64,000 bases of DNA from Octopus bimaculoides (Eukaryota): assembly GCF_001194135.2 (NCBI RefSeq), contig NC_068996.1, positions 38,607,510 to 38,671,509 on the forward strand. The letters are read 5' to 3'. Made by a program: the position numbers and the translations under genes. The stretch's first letter is position 1. Each line of letters starts with the position of its first letter. Shown here one piece after another: positions 27,001 to 39,000 of the stretch. The notes below the pieces were generated by a model. That model was not told where the DNA came from and made no database searches. It saw only the letters and a program-made list of their open reading frames with translations.

Positions 27001-30000
27001 TTCAAAATCCCTGCTAAGTTCAGTAATTACAAAAATAGAGATAGTACCTCTGAGGAATAGGCTGGCTGTTGTAGGAACAAGCAAATAAATAATTAAAAAA
27101 GCAAAGTTTAGAGTAGACAAAATTAATGTTCAAATGATGTGGACTATACAAAAAATTTACTTGCTGAAATCTATCACTGGAATAGTAACAAGGCTTCTTA
27201 AAAAAACTGTTCATATAGAAAATAATAAATACTTAGGTTGTTAGATTGATGAGAGACAGGTTAAATAACTTTTTTTGTTTAATCTGATTTTTTTTCACCC
27301 CAGGTAAATAAATTTTATTAATTGTTGAAAACTTTACCAGATCGTTTGAAAATTTATATTGTTTACATTTATTAGGTGTGATCTCTGTAAAATATGCTAA
27401 GCCTGCTATCTAAAGGAAATCTTGTTTTAATATAGAACTGCTTATGAATGGGTGAATCCAGCCCAGTATGGATTAGTGTGTGTAACATCGTCTGAAGGAA
27501 GAAATCTTCCTTATGGAAAACTGGAGGACATACTAAGCAGGGACTCTTCTGCTATCAACTGCCATACAAACGATGATAAGTAAATATTCTTTTATTCTTT
27601 TACTTGTTTCAGTCATTTGACTGTAACCATTCTGGTGCATTGCCTTGAAAAGTTTTTGTTGAAGAAATCGACCGTAGGACTTATTCTTTGTAAGCCTAGT
27701 ACTTATTTTATCGGTCTCTTTTGCCGAACTGCTAAGTTACGAGGATATAAACACACCAACATTGGTTGGACATGCACACACATACATATATCTGATGTGC
27801 TTCTTTCAGTTTCCACCCACCAAATCCACTCTAGTCTTTGCTCAGCCTAAGATTATAGAAGACACTTGTGCAAAGTGCCACACAGTGAAACAATCTGGAA
27901 CCATGTGGTTGGGAAGCAAGCTTCTTACCACACAGCTATTTGAAATTTTTTTTAAACTTTGTCCGTAATGTAACTTTATAAAATTGTTAGTGCGAATTTA
28001 ATTCCTTATAAATTTTAATAAGTGTTTTGTTTTGTCGTTAACTTTGTTAATTATTTGAAGTCACTTCTGTACCTAAAAATTATTTTTTTAAATTTATGTT
28101 GGGTTTCTTGCAGGAAAGCGTCCTTTGCAATAGATCTTGGTGTATGGATTATACCGAATTGTTATACTCTACGGCATGCAAGAGGATATGGAAGGTGAGT
28201 GTCTACAAACTATTGTAAATTTCAGTACAATATATATATCACTGATCTGTCTGATATTAATTCATTTTTGCTTATAACATTAATTAGGCAGTAAATTGGA
28301 AGAAGAATTAGTATTAGATGAAACTCTTCTTTCAAGCTTTTTTTTTTTTCCCCCTCCATCCCAAATTTCTCTGGATTTATGCTTTCTGAATGCAGTATTG
28401 GACCGGTTGAAGCATTAAAACCTCAGATGAGATGCCTTGTGGTATTTGTTTTGGCTCTTTGTATATGGAGTTCAAATTTTGCCATTGTTGGCTTGAATGA
28501 TAAATTTGGTTGGCCACTCAGGTTATCACTGTCTAAATACCTTTAACAGAGTTCACTGTGCTGCAAACATTAAGAACAAGTCGCCAGTTTGAGGATACCT
28601 TCTTGCCTTCATTCTCACCAATCTTAGTTAGGGGTCCTGTGAAGTGTTAGGAGCACTCCTTTCTCCCCTATATAAAGTAATAAAAAAAATTAGGCTTTTT
28701 TTTTTTCCACTGTCATGGAAATTCTTTTTAATTTCTTATATATTTACTCTAAAAAAAATTTTATTTATTGCTTTAAAATTCTTTATTTTAGATCAGCTTT
28801 GAGGAATTGGCAATTTCAAGTTTCAAAGGATGGTCAGAACTGGCTAACTTTGTACAATCATGTTGATGATTGCTCTTTAAATGAACCTGGGTAAGACTAC
28901 TTTCTTAATTTACTTCCTTTTAACAAACTGATTTTTTTCTTTGTAATATATATATATATATATACATATATAAAAAAATTCAAAATTGTGGGTGTAATGT
29001 TTTAATTGATTATTAGAATTTTTTTTTATGTTCTATTATGAAATTGACAGACTAATGTTCATAGAGAATTCAGACCTTTGTTGTACAGGTGATTAGATTG
29101 ATTGAAACCAAATTTTAACTTTAAATTAACTTGCATCAATTTTAACAAAACTAAAATGTGTAAATAGGTTTGAAAAAAGCATCTGCAATATCTGCACATT
29201 TGAGCTAAGACCTCTGTTGTCTATCACGTCAGAAATAAATGTAACTACAAAACTTTGAAAATGAGATGAAGTAAAAGCTGTAGGATATGTAACAATTTCT
29301 GTATGAACATCATTAGTGAGTGATTAATTCTGTTACCATACAGTGTGATGTTACTCTATCACTTAAAAGTAATAATTTTATTTTTAATTTAAAAGATTAA
29401 ACTTTAAATGTGAAAGTTACATTATTGGTATGGGCTAATAAGGTAATAAAACAGATATTGATGATTTTTGGCAAGAAAAAGGTAGAGATATTATATTCAA
29501 AATCGTATTATACAATAATAATTTTCTCTTGTATAATTTTTAGATCTACTGCATCTTGGCCAATTGAATGTCCCACTGAAGAAACTCAGGGCTGGAGATA
29601 CATCAGACTTCAACAAACTGGTAAAAATGCCAGTGGCCAAACACACTATCTTTCACTCTCTGGTTTTGAAATTTATGGTAAAGTGACTGGTGTTTGTGAT
29701 GACATAGGTAAGTACATATGTATCTAGAGAAGCAATTGGCTTAATAAACAAAAAATATATAAACTGCTAAGTTGTTTGAAATTGCAATCAGATAATTTCT
29801 GTTGAATATTAAAGTGTTAGTTTTTTTTTTTTTTTTTTTTTCAAGTATTACTTTTATATTCCTGTTTATCAAGAACTATTGGTTGATTTAATTTCCATTC
29901 CTATTGTTGAATATCCTTTCTTGAATGATATATCAGTGACTTAGGGAAAAGATTTGTTTTAATCTTTATTCACTCTGTTTATTACTTAAGGCAAAGCTGC

Positions 30001-33000
30001 TAGAGAAGCAGAGGCTAATCTAAGACGTCAACGACGCTTTATCAAATGTCAAGTGCTTCGGCAAATACAGCAAGGTGCTCGTGTAGTACGTGGCATGGAC
30101 TGGAAATGGCGAGATCAAGATGGAAATCCTCCTGGTGAAGGATTTGTAACTGGAGAATTGCACAATGGTTAGTATTGTGATATTTTACTCTCATGAAAAA
30201 TGTTAATATAACTACAAAATTACAGTTTCTAACTTCTAAGTTTTTTAATATGGGAGAAGAATGATTAGAACAGGAACTTAGTACAATAGGATGGTATTAA
30301 GACTAAATATAAATTTTTAAATATCTACTTTTTGTTTGGCTTAAAACTTTTTCATCTTCACTTTTCTTTTTGACTAACAGTAATTTTATAAATCTGATGT
30401 GATGATGGTGATATAGTTAAAAATAATTTCCTCTGCTCGTTTGAAGAGTTTGGATATTTTGATACATTTTGCTTTCTTTTTACAAGTAGCTATAAAGTTA
30501 GTTATGTAATTTGTTAATGTCAGTGTGATTATGAACTTATTTTCCATTCCTTTATATTTAAAGCCTTACCTCTGTGTGTGTATTTGTATTAACTAGTTTT
30601 CTGTTTTTTGAAATGTAAAAATTTTGATCCATTTGCATTAATTTAGCAGCGTTATTGTAATTTCTATACTTATTAATGTTTAAATTTTGTTTTTTAATAT
30701 TTAGGCTGGGTAGATGTGACATGGGACTTTGGTGGTTCCAATTCTTACCGAATGGGAGCTGAAGGAAAATTTGATTTACAGCTAGCTCCTTCATATGATC
30801 CTGAAAAGGTGAGAATCCCAAAGTTAGACTCTGCACCACAAACTGTCAAACCAAGAACCGGTTCAACATTCATGGATAAAGTAAAGGTATTTTTTTTTTT
30901 AATAATTAGAATAAAATTATGAAATTGATGCATTCGGTTTATGAGAATTAACCTGTCAGTATGCATTATGCATCATTTACATTTGTAGTCTATTACCATT
31001 GAATACTGAAATTTAGGGGTTTGCTTCAACAAAAGTCGCTCTTCTATGTGTTTTATCACTAACACCTGAGACTTCTTGGAAAAAAATACCCATTCTTTCA
31101 TATTCTAATTAGTGCTAGAATTTTTTAGATTAGGACCGGTCATTATTTGAGTTAGATCTTTCAAACAGTTGATACAAAGGCTTAAGCACAGTCCACAAGT
31201 TATGCAAGTATGGTGGTCTTTTTTTTTTTTTTTTTGTTATGGACATTTTGTCCTAAAATTTAGTACTTAGTTTTTGTTTCTTTTTTAGATAGAAATTGAA
31301 CAAGTTCAGTGATTAAAAATACTCTTCTTTCTGTTCTAATTGTCCAATCCAGGTGAGCATTACCAATCGGAAAAGTAACTCTACTCCCAGCCTCAGTGAA
31401 GTGTCAGAAAATCGAGCATCTGTTGCAAGTACAGAACAGGCTTCATCAGCAGAAAATCTATCATCGGCCTTAAAAAATGTAAGTTACTTGTCTATTGTTT
31501 GCACTCTCTAACATTTGTTAGTTTTTATGTAGCTCTGAAATATAAACTAGGGTTGTATATTTTCTAGATTGGCTTCAGGTTATTTGAATCAAATTTCTGG
31601 TTTCCTTAAAGCCTGTTTTGTTAAACAAACTGAATTCTTTTCCTCCTCATATTTGATTGAACGAATCTTAACAGCCTTTCTAGCAGTGATTATACAATGC
31701 CAGCTTCTTTCAAATTCACCTTTCTAAGGGTTGATAATACTTTTACCAGTGTTGCTTAATCTAATCGTTTCTTATTGGCAAATACCATTTCAAAACTTTT
31801 GCACAATTTTTCTCCATTCATTCTTATGTACAAAATCTGATAAATATCTATGTATGAGCTAAGCTTTTATAAATGTTTTTTTTTTTTGTTCTTTTTTGGT
31901 TCATTTGAATAGTTTTTGTTCAAAATATGCAGCAAATTTGTTCTTGACAGTTCATATGGTGCACTTGAATGTTGTAGGACAACTTGAAATTTACTATAGT
32001 TCTTAATGCATCCATTTATTGTGCTGTGTAAACTTTGTAAACCCACTTTCATCATTTTAACATCTACTTTTTTCTGCTTGCATGGGTCAGATGGAATTTA
32101 TTAAGACAAATTTTTTTATGGCTCTGCTGTCAGTCCTCACTTGTTTCCAAGCAAGACAATATTTCCTACTGATTGGACATATTTATATAGAAGATTGGAA
32201 ACAAATGACATTGCTTGTATGACAGTGACACCTGTTTACGACTATTATGCAATGTCATGGTGAGGCAAGGAAGCATACACAGTGGGCTGCTTTCAATTTC
32301 CATCTACCAAATCCATTCACAAGGCTTGGGCATTTATAGTAGTACACATCTGCCCAAAGTGGCACACTGTGGGACTGAACCTGAAATCGTGTTGGGAAGT
32401 AAACCTAGGCCATACCTTTCTCTACATGCATGTATAGGTGTGGAAGCTTGCTTCCAAACCAAATGGTTCTGGGTTCAGTTCTATTGTGTGGCACCTTGGG
32501 CAAGTCTCTTCTACTATAGCCTCGGGCCGACCAAAGTCTTGTGAGTGAAATTGACAGACGGAAATTGAAAGAACCCTGTCGTGTGTTTTTGTGTAAGATA
32601 ATTTGGCCCCTTTTATCAAACTGCTAAGTTTAGAAGAAATAAACAAACTGATAGAATAAGTACCAAGCTTAAAAATTAAAAAATTAAGTCCTGGAGTTAA
32701 TTTGTTCAGCCAAAACCCTTCAAAGTAGTGTCCCAGTGGGGCCTCAATCCAATGACTGGAACAAGTAAAATACATATATACCAAATGCTGCGATGGTCCT
32801 TACTATATTTGAATATTGTCTTTGGCTTCATAAATAGAAATGATTCCTACCAAGTTTCAACATTATCCTGCTCTGAAAAGCCCATTATTTTGTGGAAATG
32901 CTGAAAATCTTTCTGCTGTGAATTTCATTGCAGACTTTAAAAACTAGTATGTTGAATTATGGATTTAAGACCTACATAGTAACCTTTGCTATGTCGTAAA

Positions 33001-36000
33001 TTTGTGTAAACTTGTTGCCATCTTACATGTAACCTATTCAGTAGATATATAAGTAGGGTAAATTATTTAACTATCTCTCTGTAGATTGGAAAAATTGAAC
33101 AGCCTTAATTAATTTTTGAACTTTATTGGGGTCTCATCAGAGGTGTTGACATCATTTGACTAACTCCTCAGAAGTAATCAGCCAGTCTATTTATATATTC
33201 AATACATCCTCTGGCTTCAAAACTGGAGCAATTAATTTGCATACTTCAAATATTAAACAGTAATATCTGCAGGTTGTCAACAGGGATCTCAGTCCACACT
33301 GTATTAGGGTATGACATGTAATCTATGCAGTACATATATAAACAGAGCAAATTTAACTATTTCTCTGTTGGTTATTCCTATCTATTAAATTACAGTACAT
33401 ACAAAATATGGGTCCCTGTTTTCCCTTGTGGTGGGGTAACAGATGTTTCTACAATTAATTTGATGTCAAATGGTATCTCATGTCTTAGTACAATTCAAAC
33501 TGTATTTCATCCATTATAAATCTATTTACTTTGCAATAGTTCTCTTATCATTTACCTGTTTCGGTCATTGGACTACACCACTTGACTGGTTTTATCAACC
33601 CCAGTAATTATTTTCCCAAAGCCTGGTATTTAGTTTAATTGCTGAGTTACAGAGATGTAAACAAACCAACACCAGCTGTCAAGTAGTATGGGGGGGAAAA
33701 AAGACACACGGACGACATATACATGTAGATGTGACAAGCTTATTTTAGTTTCCGTCTACCAAATACATCCAAGGTACCACATAGTGGGACTGAACCCAGA
33801 ACCATGATGGTTGGGGTAACAGAATTACTCCAGTTGATGTTCCAATCATTTCAGATAAAACTTTTCATAATATTCCTGATTATATGTTAATTTTTTATTC
33901 TTTTTGAAAATTCCAAAAGAATTCCTTTTCAGCTTCAGTTGTTTTATCTCTTTGGTTTTGTAGCTCAATGACCATTCTGTCTTTTTGTTTCATTTTTACT
34001 TTTTATTTATATTGTTTTTTTATTTAACCCTTTAGCATTTAAACCCAGCCATATCCAACCTAAATATTCTGCCTGTTTTCTCTTCAATCTGACCAGATCC
34101 AGCCTCTCATATCTACCCTACAATGTCATTCTAAATCTAAACAATCACATCATCAAAATCTCAAAACTATGAGATAATGCATGATTGATTCAAAAGAATG
34201 TGAATAAATAAGCATTACATTTGACAAAATAACCTGAATGCTAAAGGGTTAAATCAGCTATATCCAGCCCAGATATTCTGCCAGTTTTATTGCCAAACTG
34301 GCCAGATCCAGCCTCTCACACCTACCCTGCAATATCATTCTAAAAATAAACAATCATCTTTGAAATCTCAAAAGCTGTGATAATTCAGGATTAATTTTAT
34401 AAAATGTGAATTTATAATATATTTGACAAAATTTGAATGCTAAAGGGTTACGCCATTTTCTTTTTTCTTTTTTTTTCTTTCTTTTTTTGTACAACCCTGC
34501 TTCATCAAAAAGTACCATTGTTTCATCTCATTTGAATCTTTGGTCATGTATTCCTGATCGTTGTTGCTTTATTTTCTCAATCCCATTTTGAATATCTACA
34601 ATGATTGCAAATTTATGCATAATATCAAATCCTTTTGCAAACTATGCAGTGGCTGAATAGAGGTGAAAATCAAAGTAAAATGCCTCTGGAAGAGGCAACA
34701 GTTTGAAGTGGAGTTTACTGTTTAGTAATGTTTCATAACAACCTGTTCTCTTTTACAGCTCAATCTGACTCTGTATTGCAACCTATGTAGCTTGTCATAG
34801 CCTACTTCTAGTTTCAAATAACTTCTCTCTTTAACATTAAAAAAAAGCCTAACTTTTCTATTTCGTATTGAATCCTTATCATACAGCAGATGTGTTCAGT
34901 TAATTATTAGCAGCATTTTTTCCTTATGTACACTAACTACATCTTTTCATTTTGCTAAAGACATACTTGTACCCCAGAATGTTCTAAATTTTCATGTAAT
35001 TTGCAAATCAATCCTTGTTTTGGATTGCTTTTTGATTTCCCACATAATTTGTTAGTAATAAAAACATAGTTGTAATTAAAAAAAGAAATTTGAAATCTCA
35101 ATTGTCAGCATAGATTTTTTTCATTCTTTTTCTACTTAGGAATGCATTGACGGATTTTTTTTTTTTTATAATTGTGCATGAATGTATTTAGTTTTGATAC
35201 ATTTTGAATTGTACTGTTACAGATTTTGACAATTCACTCTGCTGCTTTTAATCCTGAATGCTTCATTTCTTTATTTGGCTGGTAAAAACTTTCTGGAAAG
35301 TTCTCAAGCTGTGTTGAAATTTAAAACTCAGTGCAATTCAAAGCAGAATTAATATTGTATTAATTTGCTTTTGAAGCAAGCCTTAAAAATTCAAGAGTGT
35401 AAATAGTTTAAAAGAAAATTTTTTTTTTTTTCCAATGAAATCTAGGAAAATATGAATTTGAAAAGTAATTTATCGTTAGGTTACTAGAATAGCAGAAACT
35501 TAGTGCTATGCTAAATGTACAGTAATATTTATCTTTCGGTTTTAGTTCAATTCCTGTTGAGAATAGTCAAATACATACCAGAATGACTACTATTTCTTAC
35601 AAATCTGATTTTCATCTTTGGAATTTTTTTTGAATTTTTAATTCTGACAAAACTTAATTTATGAAAATCTATATATTTGTTCATTAAATTATTTGGTACA
35701 TCAAGATTCAATGTCGAAATAATTTTGATTTCCAAATAATCAAAAGTCTTTGCTTGCTGCAAACAAACATTTTATATAATAATTTGAAATTAAACCACTC
35801 TTATTAGTCAAGTTTTGGTACTGGTTTTGTCAAGATGTTTAAGCCTTATTTTTAAGTCTTCCCTCCTCTTCAGAATGTTGTTTGGCGATATCTTTTAAAC
35901 TACTTATTTAGACATCTAACCTTTTTGGCCTTCAAGGTTGACTATCATCAACAAGACAGAATTCTGTAAAATAGAGGGATCAAATTATATTCCTCTAGAC

Positions 36001-39000
36001 ATTTTTTTGAGGATTTTTCAGTTTTTATGAAATATCTTCCACAATGTTTTCTCTTAAATAAATGAAGCTTTAAAGGCATATTCTGAGATTTCCCAATTGT
36101 TCTCTTTATTGTTACAGTTATTAGAAGGTCTACGAGGTTGTCCAGATCCTTTTTATTCAATGATGCATTTATCTCCACATCCATCATCACACGTCATAAG
36201 GGGCAATACCCTGGAGACTCATCAGTCTGTATCACCCACTCCTACTTGCAGCAACTACTTGGGGGTGAGCATAAAGATTTTGAAAATGTTTCCCTGTGTG
36301 TTTGTGCGTGTGCATGCCTTTGTGTGTGTGTGTGTGTACATGGATAAGTTTTTGTTTTTTTTTTAAATTCAAAAATGTTAATCTTACAACATTTTCAAAA
36401 TTCTCAGTTTAGTATTATGTCCTTATTACTATTTTCCAGAACTTGTTCTGCAACAAAGAAATTGTTTTGTCTTTTAATCCTTTCGTTGCTATATTCCTAT
36501 CTGAAATACACACCTATGTGTTTCAATGAAATTCTAAAATAATCGTGAATTTAGACTTGTTTCATAAAACAACTTGAATTTTTTTTTTTTTTTTTCTTTT
36601 ATTAATCAACATATCAATATGATTTTTAGACACAATTTAACTAAAGGTTCTTAACAAAACCTATTTCATAATTTTTGTCTCAAAGTGGAACTAATTACAG
36701 GTAAATACAGGTAAATTCAACAAAATATTAAATCATTTAAATTTTGTTTAAACATTAGGATGGAAAATGAGTTATTAGCTAATATTCAATGAGTATACAA
36801 CAAAATTTTAATATGAAAGAATTGTGCAAATTACTGGATTATATATCAGTTGAACTTAATGCACATAAGACAAATGGAACATAAACTTCAAGCAGAAAGA
36901 AATATGTGTACCAAGTAAAACAATGAAATACTAGAATTTGTCTTTGAAGAAAACTAGGAAATGAAATACATTTCATCAACTAAATGAAATAAACTCACAT
37001 ACATATATATATACATAAATACATATATTCACAATACAAAGTGATCAAAATTTGCCACACATCTTACAGGTAAATAAAAAAAATTAAAATAGGTAAAGGT
37101 GAAAAAATATAAATCAGTTATACACATTTTAAAATTCTTTTGTATCTGTTGTACTGTTGTCAGAATTGTTTCACTTCAGGAAATAGAAATATTCGATTTG
37201 TAATCACACACATAGTATACATAGTTTGTGTACACACTGTATTAACTTAGATTTTTCTGTCTTTTGAAAATACTTGGAATTTAAACTTGCTGCTTGACAA
37301 CATGAAACTAGAATCCAGTTTGAAAAAATAAATATCCAAAACTTTGCAGTGCTCAGATATCCTGTAAAATAATAAGTGTAACTCAATTGTTTATACAATG
37401 AAATCATGTGTCTTCACAAATGTACTACTGAGATTAGCACTGGAATTCTCATTTAAATACGACTAGCTTATTTTGGCTGTTTTCAATTAGGTTGATATTA
37501 TTCATCAATAAAATTCTCAGTTGGCTACGGCCACCTTGGTATTGAAAGGGTTAAGAAAGATTTGGTTCAAAAAATTCAATCTTGTGTTGAACATGGTCTT
37601 TAACCAAGCAATTTTATAGAAATGAATTAAATTTCTGAAATTATATTCATTTGGAAAAATGCTCTTGAATTTTTATCATTGGGCTTGTTTGTATATACAG
37701 ATTAAATTTCTGTGCAATTTCATTCATTTGAAAATACTCTTGAATTTTTGTCATTAGGCATGTATATACAAATTATGAAAAATTAAATTTTACTTTTATA
37801 TAAAAATATATTTGTAAAACTCGATGATTTACTCAAATTTTATGATGAATAATTTGTATAACACATTCCATTTCCTTTTCAAAAATTGCAGGCACTAAGA
37901 CTTTTATTTAACAAGAAATTGAATTTTGTAACACAATAAGCTATGAATTCAAACACTATTTATTCATCAGGACAAATGTGTTTTAGGTTTTAATTTTCAA
38001 TAATTTTCATTTGAAAGTGTTTAACTAGTTTTGAGTTTTCAGTTAAAATATTTTACTTTCTTCTGGCCTAATGTTTGTTTCCTGTAAGAATGTTTGTTTT
38101 CAATGTACAAGATTCAAGAAATTATGCATAATATTACAAATAACATTCAGTGAAAAATTAAGACACTTTTAGTTCAGGCTTTTGGATATTCCACTTAATA
38201 ATTAGATTTTATAAATAACTTAAAAGCTGCACTCTATGCAGACTTTTAAGTTATCTCATGCAGAGGACTAATTGGGCTTGGGGCATAAAGTTAAAGAGAG
38301 CTAAATAGCGTGATTATAATGTGTCTATAATGACTATATGCCCCAGTAGTATTTGGTCAGAGGTTACGGGTGGATGAAAATTAATTCTGTAAGGTAATCA
38401 TTCTATTGCTCCAGTCCCAAGTTGAATCCCAACTGTTGGCCAATTTGTCCCAAAGTTCTTATCTCAGAATAAAATTAATGAAGCAAATGTCATTTATCTC
38501 CCCCTTGATCTCTGTCATCTGATAAATGCCAACCAAGATGATGTGAATCAGCAAAAAAAGATACATTTCATATTGCTGAGTAGAATTTTAAGAGTAAACA
38601 ACTTATGTTGAACTTTTACAATTCGTGTAATAAAATGTTTGGCATTTGGGGAAAATGTATTTTTAAGAATTGATATTCATTTGTAAGTACATATAAATGG
38701 ATTTAAGCTGGAGAATTACCTCAAGTTTGTGAGAATTAATGTTTTATATTATAAAGTGTCAGTTTAAAATATTTTCTCAGATTTTAAAAACATAAATATT
38801 AAGTTTTCAATTTAAAGAAAGCTATCAGTATATAACAGTTTGACTGACTAGTAATAATTAAACATCAGTTATTTTACATATTTCTGAAGTTAACTTTTGA
38901 ATGAGAAAAATGTACTGGACTTCCTAATCATTTCTGAAAAGTGCATCCTGATGCAGCAATTGTGTCATTTGTTAATACACTAAGAAACTATTTTTCTTTC

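Noticed and set aside
38264-38393. Possible exon ending at AAG|gtaatc (38393)
   Set aside because: Every nearby acceptor (38250, 38263, 38360) gives an in-frame stop. It could only be a poison exon, and there is no support for that.
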